54,511 bases of DNA. Origin: Verrucomicrobiales bacterium. Its GTDB lineage: Bacteria; Verrucomicrobiota; Verrucomicrobiia; Verrucomicrobiales; SLCJ01. The notes beneath the pieces were generated by a model. That model had not been told where the DNA came from. It searched no databases and saw nothing but the letters and a program-made list of their open reading frames with translations. A program made the translations under genes and the position numbers. The stretch's first letter is position 1, and every line of letters begins with the position of its first letter. The stretch spans positions 1 through 54,511 of the forward strand of contig JBJTQJ010000105.1 of assembly GCA_046075565.1 (NCBI GenBank). The letters run 5' to 3'. Shown here one piece after another: positions 47,200 through 54,511 of the stretch.

Positions 47200-47435
47200 G
47201 GCAGGGACCGCTGTCCCAGCGGTCCGGGAGATCGTGGGGAGAACGAAAGTGCGAAGGCGTGGCGGTTCCACCTCCGCGGAGGTTTGAGGACAAACGTCCC
47301 TGCCTTTGTCTGTTGGACGAAGGCGACGATGGGCGATGGCTGCCCGCAAGGGTCCGACCATAGAGAATCGACGCGACCGACCAAATGACGGGCAGGGACC
47401 GCTGTCCCCAGCGGTCCGTGAGATCGTGGGGAGAA
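47200..47435. repeat. REP/REPIN-like cluster
   Basis: 44/45-bp direct repeats at 47200-47243 and 47391-47435 (GGCAGGGACCGCTGTCCC(C)AGCGGTCCG...), with an inverted variant at 47277-47304. Confidence 0.75.
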
Positions 47436-47625
47436 TGTGATCGCCAATGCATGGCGGCTCAAATGCCCGGCACCGGAAGCGGTGCCGCTACAGGGAGGTC
47501 TTGATGGTGTCGCGGAACGCCTTCGCGTTCCCGGGGGTGTGCCTCCGGCAGCCTGCCCAATCCTTGTGTTATGATCGCGTAATGCCTGCAAATTCGCTCG
47601 CCAAACCATCGGTCCTCGTGCCAAA

Positions 47626-50484
47626 GTGCAGGATATGGATCGGCAGATCGATTGGGAGTCCCTGATTCCTCCGGGCGGACGTGTTTTCCTTGGTTCGGGT
47701 GCGGCGACCCCGCAGGCCTTGGTGCGTTCGATGCTCGACGCGGCCCCTGTTCTCAAGGATGTGGAAATCATCCATATCCATACCCTCGGGGAATCTCCAT
47801 GGGTGGACCCGCGCTTCGATGGTATCCTGCGCACGAACACATTTTTCCTCACTCCGACCATCCGCGCGGCTGTCGATGCCGGGCGCGCCGACTACACGCC
47901 TTGTTCTCTCTCGGAAGTCGCCGGGTTGTTCGCGCCGGGATTGCTGCCGATCGACACGGCTTTGGTAATGACAAGTCCTCCCGATGAGGAGGGATTTGTC
48001 AGTCTCGGAGTGGCGGTCGATGTGACCATCGCGGCGGTGCGGCAGGCGAGAAAAGTGGTGGCACAGATCAATCCGCTTTTGCCGCGCACGGACGGGGAGG
48101 CGCGTTGGCCGATGGGAAAAATCGACGCATTCATCGAGCAAAGCCAGGAACTTCCGGAGTTGCCGCCGCCGGAACCCGATCCCATCCGCAGCCGCATCGC
48201 GGCCTATGTGGCGGAATGTATCGAGGATGGCAGCACACTGCAGATCGGCCTCGGTGTCACGGCCCGTTCGGTTTCCGCCGCTTTGCGAGGGCATCGTCAT
48301 CTCGGCATCCATACCGGCATGCTGACCGACGGATTGATCGATCTCATCCGCGCCGGGGTGGTGGATAACAGCCGCAAGGGGTTGCACAACGGTGTGAGTG
48401 TTTGCAGTCACGTGCTCGGGACGCGTCATGTCTACGACTTTGTCGATGGCAACTCCCTCGTCGAATTCCATGGCAGTGCCTACGTGAACCATCCCGCCAC
48501 GGTGGCCCGACTACACCGTATGGTCGCCATCAACGGGGCGCGGCAAATGGATCTAACAGGCCAGGTGGTTCGTGATTCGCGTGGACATCATTTCCATGGC
48601 GGGGTGGGGGCTTCGCTCGATTTCGCGCGGGGCGCGGCCATGGCCCCGCACGGCCGGCCGATCATCGTCCTGCCCTCGACCAGCGCCGATGGCAAAAAAT
48701 CCCGTATCGTCGCCAACCTCTCACCCGGCACCGGCATCGCGACCGGGCGCACCGACGTGCACACCGTGGTGACGGAGCACGGCATCGCACGATTGCACGG
48801 GCGCAGCATCCGTGAACGGGTGATGGAACTCATCCAGATTGCCCATCCCGATTTCCGGGAAGATCTGCTCCGCGAGGCCCGCCACTGGGGCTGGGTGCCG
48901 AAACTGTTTTCCATGCCGCCCTCGTCGTTGCGCGACGGCACCGGACAAGGAGGCATTGAATCGAGAAAGGTCCGTCTGTTAGGCAAATCCTTCGGCCTGC
49001 GCCCGCTCCATCCTTCCGACATGCGGCGGCTCCAGGAATTCTTCTACTCCCATGATCCGGAGACGGTGCGTCTGCGTTACGGCTACAGTCGCGACAGCAT
49101 GCCCGCCGAGAGCGCCTACAAACTCGTGGCCGTCGATCAAAACCGCGATCTCGCCCTCACCATCACCGAGGAATTGGCCGAAGGCGAGGTGCTGCGCGCC
49201 ATCGGACGGTATTACCTCGACGATGATGGAAAATCCGCCGAAGTCGCTTTTGTCGTGCACGAGGAATTCCGCAGGCACGGCATGGGTTCGGTGCTACTGG
49301 AGGAATTGGCCCGCATTGCACGGGCACGCGGCATCAAATCATTCTGGGCGAGCGTGCTCGTCCGCAACCGGACCATGGCCGGTCTTTTCCTCAAACATGG
49401 CGCGGTCGTCTCTGCAGGTGATGATGTTTCGTCAAAACTCCACACCCTTGATGTCGCGGAAATCCTCACGCGTGCGGATGCCCGCGCCGCCGGATCAAAA
49501 GTTTCACGTGCCGACTCCGCGGAAGGACCGGCTGTGGCCGTGGGTGTTGTTTTTGACGGCGTTTTCGAAAAACACGACACCGGGCCCGGTCATCCCGAAT
49601 CAGCGCAACGATACCGCGCCGTTTGGGAAACCCTGCGGCGCATGAATGATGAGGAAAGCGTCATTGCCCTGCCGGTGAAAGAGGCCACGATCGAGGATCT
49701 CCAGCTTTGCCACGAGCCGCATTACATCGACATCGTGCGTTTGGATGTAGAAAGCCTCGCCGATCAACTCCGCACCGGCGACGTGGTGATCAGCGAGGAT
49801 TCATGGCACATCGGGCGACTCGCGGCAGGAAGTTGCATCGCGGCCACTGATGCCGTGATCGACGGGCGTGTGCGCCGCGCCTTCTGCGCAGTGCGTCCGC
49901 CGGGACACCACGCCAGTCCCGCGCGGGGCATGGGATTCTGTCTCTTCAACAATGTGGCCATCGCGGCCCGTCATGCCCTGCGTCGCCGTGGCCTGAAGCG
50001 CGCTCTCATCTTCGACTGGGACGTGCATCACGGCAACGGCACCCAGGATGTCCTCGAAGCCGATCCGGATGTCTATTTCTTCTCCTCCCACCAGTGGCCG
50101 CTGTATCCCGGCACCGGTGCGGCGAGCGAACGCGGGACCGGTCCCGGAATCGGCACCACCTTCAATCTCCCGCTCAAGGAAGGCACGGGAGTGGAAGCGG
50201 TGTTTGCGGTGATGGATGGTCCGCTCGCCGCCGCCATGGAGGAATTCCGCCCCGAGATCGTTTTTATCTCCGCCGGTTTCGACGCCCGGGTCGATGATCC
50301 GCTGGGTGGACTGAATTGGACCGATGATGATTTCGCAGCCCTCACGGATCGGTTGGTCGCATTGGCGGAGAAATATGCCTCCGGCCGTGTGGTCAGTGTG
50401 CTTGAAGGCGGTTACAACCCTTCCGGTCTCGCCAGTGCCGTGGAAACCCACGTGCGACGGCTCATGGTTTCCTCCTCCCTTTGA
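47626..50484 (+). CDS. Three-domain fusion: acetyl-CoA hydrolase/transferase-like + GNAT + HDAC-family deacetylase
   Basis: N: GRADYTP, SLGVAVD, LQIGLG, DLTGQV, DFARGA, VVTEHGIA; middle: LRPLHPSD, AEVAFVV..FRRHGMG; C: HPESAQRY, RPPGHHA, DWDVHHGNGTQ, SAGFDA, LEGGY. Confidence 0.9.
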   Translation: MQDMDRQIDWESLIPPGGRVFLGSGAATPQALVRSMLDAAPVLKDVEIIHIHTLGESPWVDPRFDGILRTNTFFLTPTIRAAVDAGRADYTPCSLSEVAGLFAPGLLPIDTALVMTSPPDEEGFVSLGVAVDVTIAAVRQARKVVAQINPLLPRTDGEARWPMGKIDAFIEQSQELPELPPPEPDPIRSRIAAYVAECIEDGSTLQIGLGVTARSVSAALRGHRHLGIHTGMLTDGLIDLIRAGVVDNSRKGLHNGVSVCSHVLGTRHVYDFVDGNSLVEFHGSAYVNHPATVARLHRMVAINGARQMDLTGQVVRDSRGHHFHGGVGASLDFARGAAMAPHGRPIIVLPSTSADGKKSRIVANLSPGTGIATGRTDVHTVVTEHGIARLHGRSIRERVMELIQIAHPDFREDLLREARHWGWVPKLFSMPPSSLRDGTGQGGIESRKVRLLGKSFGLRPLHPSDMRRLQEFFYSHDPETVRLRYGYSRDSMPAESAYKLVAVDQNRDLALTITEELAEGEVLRAIGRYYLDDDGKSAEVAFVVHEEFRRHGMGSVLLEELARIARARGIKSFWASVLVRNRTMAGLFLKHGAVVSAGDDVSSKLHTLDVAEILTRADARAAGSKVSRADSAEGPAVAVGVVFDGVFEKHDTGPGHPESAQRYRAVWETLRRMNDEESVIALPVKEATIEDLQLCHEPHYIDIVRLDVESLADQLRTGDVVISEDSWHIGRLAAGSCIAATDAVIDGRVRRAFCAVRPPGHHASPARGMGFCLFNNVAIAARHALRRRGLKRALIFDWDVHHGNGTQDVLEADPDVYFFSSHQWPLYPGTGAASERGTGPGIGTTFNLPLKEGTGVEAVFAVMDGPLAAAMEEFRPEIVFISAGFDARVDDPLGGLNWTDDDFAALTDRLVALAEKYASGRVVSVLEGGYNPSGLASAVETHVRRLMVSSSL

Positions 50485-50519
50485 CAAGACCGCGCGTCTG
50501 CCGGACCTTTGCCACCATC

Positions 50520-51032
50520 ATGGCCAGTATCACCGCCCGCGTTTGCGAAGATATCGATTGGGATTCGTGGAATCCAACGATCCTCGCGACCTTGTTGTTC
50601 ATCATCCATGAAGGACGGGTTCTGCTCATGGAAAAAAAACGCGGGCTCGGCGAAGGGAAAATCAATGGCCCCGGAGGGAAAATCGATCCGGGGGAATCCG
50701 CGATGGAATGCGCGATCCGCGAAACCCAGGAAGAACTGCATGTCACTGCCCATGATCCCGAACCCGCGGGTGAGTTGCGTTTCCAGTTTGTCGACGGACT
50801 CTCCATCCGGTGCCATGTCTTCCGGGCGACGAGTTTTTCCGGCACCCCGACCGAGACGGAGGAGGGGAAACCTTTCTGGTTCGATCTGGATGCCATCCCT
50901 TATGAGCGCATGTGGCAGGATGACTTCCACTGGCTTCCCATCGTGCTCGAAGGAGGATGCTTTTTGGGCGAATTCATTTTCGATGGCGACACCATGCTCG
51001 ACCATCGTGTGGACATCCGCCCGAGTGTTTAG
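50520..51032 (+). CDS. NUDIX hydrolase (8-oxo-dGTP diphosphatase, MTH1-like)
   Basis: KKRGLGEGKINGPGGKID, Nudix box CAIRETQEE, PYERMWQDD. Confidence 0.88.
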   Translation: MASITARVCEDIDWDSWNPTILATLLFIIHEGRVLLMEKKRGLGEGKINGPGGKIDPGESAMECAIRETQEELHVTAHDPEPAGELRFQFVDGLSIRCHVFRATSFSGTPTETEEGKPFWFDLDAIPYERMWQDDFHWLPIVLEGGCFLGEFIFDGDTMLDHRVDIRPSV

Positions 51033-51049
51033 CCGGACGTTGCAGCGTG

Positions 51050-52117
51050 TCAGGCATCCGACTTGTTCGCGGTCGCACCCATGGGCGGTTGGCCAGGCAT
51101 GGGTTTCCATCCGTCCTGTGGCGGGCTGTCCTGATGCAGCATCAATTCATCGTCACTCGGCGTGCTGTCGGGCAGGCCGCCTTCCGGGATTTCCACGCCG
51201 CCCGACCAGGCGATGGCATTGAGCAACACTCGCCGGTGATCATCGTGTTTCCAATCCCAATGGAAATGGCCGCCCGTGAATCCAAATGACCGCCCGCCGT
51301 CAGGACGGGTGAAAGCCCAGGCTGTCACATGCGGTTTACCTTCCGAAGCGCGCACCGTCGGGTTGTTCGAGCGCGGCCCGTCTTCCGGCAACACGACGAC
51401 CCGCTTCGGTGGAATGGCCAACAGTAGATCCTCTCTTTTTCCCGCGACTTCGGGAAAACGCATGTTGAAATAGAACTCATCGTAAATCGAAAATGGGGAG
51501 ACTCCGCGGGTGACCTCGTGGCTGGGGATCTCTTTGAAATCCGCTTTCCACATCGGATTCACCGAGTAATGCACCTCGAAATAACCGCCGAGATATTGTT
51601 TCAGGAACTCCGAGCCCTCGGCATTGCCGGCTTCAAGGGCCCAGTGGATGCAGACCAGTCCTTTGTTCGCCTTCATGGCGGCTTCCAGCGATTGTCGTTT
51701 CGCCGGCTCGTTGAGCGGATGGCGAGCCGTGCCGCTGCAGAAAAGGATGACACTCGAGGCCTTGGCCAGCATTGCTTCGTCGGGGAAGGTGTCCCGCAAG
51801 ACGATGGACTCCGATCCTGGCACGGCGGCGGCGAGGCGTTTGGCGAAAAGCACGGCCCCGGCGGTATTCTCGTGCTGCATCCACCCGTGTTCGCCATCAT
51901 CGGTGAAGAACACGAAGACCTTCCGTTCGGCCTCCGGGGTCTTTTCAAAATCCACATGGGGGAAGCGGGCGGGGAACACGAGTTTCTCCTCGACCGGGGC
52001 GGCAACCGGCGCTGGTTTGGGCGTTTCGGGTGCCGGTGACTCGGTGGAAGTGGTCGTCTTCGAGCCACAGGCGGAGAGCCAGATCAGGGAGAGGCAAAGA
52101 GGAAGGGCGAAGCGCAT
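51050..52117 (-). CDS. ThuA-domain lipoprotein
   Basis: Lipobox WLSAC; GLVCIHWA, HEVTRGV, DEFYF, GGRSFGFTGGHFHWDW, LLNAIAW. Confidence 0.85.
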   Translation of the reverse strand: MRFALPLCLSLIWLSACGSKTTTSTESPAPETPKPAPVAAPVEEKLVFPARFPHVDFEKTPEAERKVFVFFTDDGEHGWMQHENTAGAVLFAKRLAAAVPGSESIVLRDTFPDEAMLAKASSVILFCSGTARHPLNEPAKRQSLEAAMKANKGLVCIHWALEAGNAEGSEFLKQYLGGYFEVHYSVNPMWKADFKEIPSHEVTRGVSPFSIYDEFYFNMRFPEVAGKREDLLLAIPPKRVVVLPEDGPRSNNPTVRASEGKPHVTAWAFTRPDGGRSFGFTGGHFHWDWKHDDHRRVLLNAIAWSGGVEIPEGGLPDSTPSDDELMLHQDSPPQDGWKPMPGQPPMGATANKSDA

Positions 52118-52218
52118 GAGGCGAATATGCCACGGGAGAGGGGCTTCTGTCATCCGAAACTGCAAAATTCCATTTGCCGCCGACCCCGGATCCGGTGGAT
52201 GGTATCGGTCCCCAATCC

Positions 52219-53490
52219 ATGAGCTTCGGCGACCTCAGAGGCATTCTCCAATACGTTCCGCAATTCCGCGGCAAGACCTTTGTCATTGCCGTGGACGGCG
52301 GGGTCGTGGCTTCGGAGAATTTCGCCAACGTCCTCCTGGACATCGCGGTGCTCCATTCGCTCAATGTGAAAGTCGCGCTTGTGCACGGGGCCAGCTTGCA
52401 AATCAAGGAACTCGCCGCCAAACGCGGGGTGGCTATCACCAACAGCGATGGTTCCGGCCTGACCGACAGTGCGACCCTCGAGGTCAGCATCGACGCCATC
52501 ACCCGCCTGACCCATTCGATCCTGCAGAGCCTGCAGTCGGTGGACCTGCGTGCCGCCACCGCCAACGCGCTCCACGCGCATCCGGCCGGCGTCGTGCGCG
52601 GTGTGGACCTCGAATTCACCGGGCGGGTCACCAGGGTGGATGCCGACAGCCTCCGCAACATGCTCGCCCAAGGCATCATTCCGGTGGTCCCGCCATTGGC
52701 TGCCGGTCCCGGTGTGGGAAATTTGCGCCTGCACTCCGACGCCGTGGCCATGGAAGTGGCTGCCGCCCTCAAGGCCGACAAGCTCATTTTCCTTTCCGCC
52801 TCCGATGTGCCCTTCCTCACGCCCGAGCAACGCCATTTCGCCGTTGGCGTGGACGAGGTCGAAAAATACCAGTCACAGGTCGAGGAACCTTGGGTGAGCC
52901 GGTTGCGGTTTGCCCGCGAGGCCTGCAAAAGCGGCGTCCTGCGCACCCACATGGTGCATGGAAAAAGCAACGAAGCCCTGCTGGCGGAACTTTTCAGCAA
53001 CGAAGGCGTCGGCCTGATGGTCTTCTCCGACGATTACCTGACCATCCGCGCCATCGAAACGTGGGACATTCCCGAGATCCTCTCCATGATCCACGATTCG
53101 GTCGAGGATGATGCGCTCGTGGAACGCCGTCAGGACGACATCGAATCACGCCGTGCCGATTATCGGGTCATTGAGGTGGACGAGAACGTCGTCGGCACCG
53201 CCGCGTTGCATCCGTATCCCGAATCCGGATGCGCGGAGATCGCCTGCCTGTTTATCAAGAGAACCCACGAGAACCAAGGATACGCCCGGCGGCTCGTGCG
53301 GCATCTCGAAGACGAAGCCCGCAAAATCGGCATTCGCCGGATGATCGCGCTCAGCACCCAGGCCAAGGACTTCTTCGAGGAAAAATGCGGTTACCAACGA
53401 GGCACCGCCGATGACCTTCCGCCCGAACGCGCCGCCAAACTCGCGCACAGCGGACGCAAGTCGTTCGTGCTCGTCAAAAACCTCGACTAA
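52219..53490 (+). CDS. argA: Amino-acid (N-acetylglutamate) acetyltransferase, kinase-like + GNAT domains
   Basis: YVPQFRGKTFVI, LVHGA, ADKLIF, LLAELFSNEGVG, AEIACLF, LSTQA. Confidence 0.9.
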   Translation: MSFGDLRGILQYVPQFRGKTFVIAVDGGVVASENFANVLLDIAVLHSLNVKVALVHGASLQIKELAAKRGVAITNSDGSGLTDSATLEVSIDAITRLTHSILQSLQSVDLRAATANALHAHPAGVVRGVDLEFTGRVTRVDADSLRNMLAQGIIPVVPPLAAGPGVGNLRLHSDAVAMEVAAALKADKLIFLSASDVPFLTPEQRHFAVGVDEVEKYQSQVEEPWVSRLRFAREACKSGVLRTHMVHGKSNEALLAELFSNEGVGLMVFSDDYLTIRAIETWDIPEILSMIHDSVEDDALVERRQDDIESRRADYRVIEVDENVVGTAALHPYPESGCAEIACLFIKRTHENQGYARRLVRHLEDEARKIGIRRMIALSTQAKDFFEEKCGYQRGTADDLPPERAAKLAHSGRKSFVLVKNLD

Positions 53491-53501
53491 AGGCCGCGCC
53501 C

Positions 53502-54191
53502 ATGACGGCACCTGCCATCGCTTTGCTCGATCAGCCCCGGTCCGATGGATCCCCGCGGATCAAATTCTGCGGTTTCACCGAACCGGAAGGAATCCGTGCT
53601 GCCATCGCTGCCGGAGCCGATGCCCTTGGGTTGAACTTCTGGCCGGGCTCCAAACGCCATGTCTCGCCGGAAGTCGCCGCGGCATGGTTCGAAGGCGGAA
53701 AGCCGTCTGTAACGAGCGTTGGTGTCTTCGTGAATCCGGCACGGGAAGAAGTTCTTTCCATCTGGCTCTCCGGGTTGATTGATGTTGCCCAACTGCATGG
53801 TGATGAATCACCCGAGTTTACACGTTCCTTGCTTGCGGAAGGTGTGCCGGTGATCCGTGCCTTCGGCTTCGCGGGGGAGGAAAGCTTTGAGCGCGCGCTT
53901 GAGTATGGAACACCCTATTTGTTAGCCGACGCGCCCGCCCCCGGAACTTACGGCGGCACTGGACGTGTCATCGACTGGGAGAAACTGGCCGAGACCAAAC
54001 GGAAGTATCCTGAAGTCCGGCTTGTTCTTTCCGGCGGGTTGAACCCATCCAATGCCGGTGCCGCCAATGCCGCCGTGCATCCGGTCATGCTCGATAGCGC
54101 CAGCGGTGTTGAATCATCTCCCGGAATCAAGGATCCCGGGTTATGCCGTGAATTCGTTTCGGCGGTGCGTAATGCGATTCGCCGGGGTTGA
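53502..54191 (+). CDS. trpF: Phosphoribosylanthranilate isomerase
   Basis: IKFCGFT, VGVFVN, QLHGDES, GGTG..DW, LSGGLNP, DSASGVESSPGIKD. Confidence 0.94.
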   Translation: MTAPAIALLDQPRSDGSPRIKFCGFTEPEGIRAAIAAGADALGLNFWPGSKRHVSPEVAAAWFEGGKPSVTSVGVFVNPAREEVLSIWLSGLIDVAQLHGDESPEFTRSLLAEGVPVIRAFGFAGEESFERALEYGTPYLLADAPAPGTYGGTGRVIDWEKLAETKRKYPEVRLVLSGGLNPSNAGAANAAVHPVMLDSASGVESSPGIKDPGLCREFVSAVRNAIRRG

Positions 54192-54373
54192 ATCGTGGGT
54201 GGTGAGTTGATCCTTCCGGTGTCCGTCGACACCGCTTCGGGCACTATCACGGTCTATGCATTGACGTGGAGCCCCGCCTTTTCCATCCACGGAGGGACAC
54301 GATCCCGCAGGGTCGTGTCCGTAGCTCGCTCGAGCGATGGGCCATGGCCGAGGAGTTGCGGCGTCACTTTCCG

Positions 54374-54511
54374 AAAAAGCAGCATGGGCACCCTGTCCCA
54401 TACTCTTCCCTTGGCTCAAGAATCAAGCATCCAAGATCAGTTTTCAGGGCAAGACCGGGACGGTCTTGCTACTACTCCGATGGACCCTCAAGGGGATCTT
54501 GCCTCTGAGGG
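54374..54511 (-). ncRNA. Candidate rod-shaped structured RNA (6S-like), truncated by the window end
   Basis: Minus-strand nested stems GCAAGACCG/CGGTCTTGC, ATCGG/CTGAT, GTCCA/TGGAT, TTGAG/CTTGA using G-U pairs; then a hairpin and T-run; no convincing ORF. Confidence 0.3.

Noticed and set aside
47200-47435. Direct repeats as a CRISPR array
   Set aside because: Only two copies about 147 bp apart with an inverted copy between, and no cas genes
46410-47861. 483-aa minus-strand ORF
   Set aside because: Runs antisense across def, the REP cluster and the fusion gene; no motifs
51624-53111. 495-aa plus-strand ORF
   Set aside because: Antisense to the ThuA gene and out of frame with argA; Arg-rich shadow translation
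54141-54508. Short ORFs at the window end; tmRNA, RNase P or SRP RNA
   Set aside because: ORFs lack motifs; signature sequences of these RNAs are not present

Overview
GC-rich bacterial chromosomal window, most likely from a Verrucomicrobiota genome (inferred mainly from a perfect TGTTC-N4-GAACA LexA box). It holds about 44 protein-coding genes and one tRNA-Ala(GGC); I saw no CRISPR array, integrase or transposase. Housekeeping genes include msrA, an RsuA-family synthase, rho, yebC, nrdB-nrdA, nadD, lexA, def, argA and trpF. Most notable: (1) a 466-aa protein with archaeo-eukaryotic primase (AEP) motifs fused to a Cys-rich PriL-like C-terminal domain, translationally coupled to an endonuclease IV-like TIM barrel; (2) a five-gene cluster (HMG-CoA reductase, UbiA-like prenyltransferase, PEP-utilising dikinase, DUF3419, polyprenol-kinase-like membrane protein) of unknown product; (3) a triple fusion of an apparently inactive CoA-transferase, a GNAT and an HDAC-family deacetylase; (4) a DnaE2-like polymerase lacking its PHP domain, directly behind a LexA box; (5) a class Ic-type RNR beta subunit with Leu at the radical-Tyr position; (6) a frameshifted glgC, REP/MITE-like repeats and a candidate rod-shaped ncRNA cut by the window end. 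All calls come from reading motifs by eye; no searches were run.
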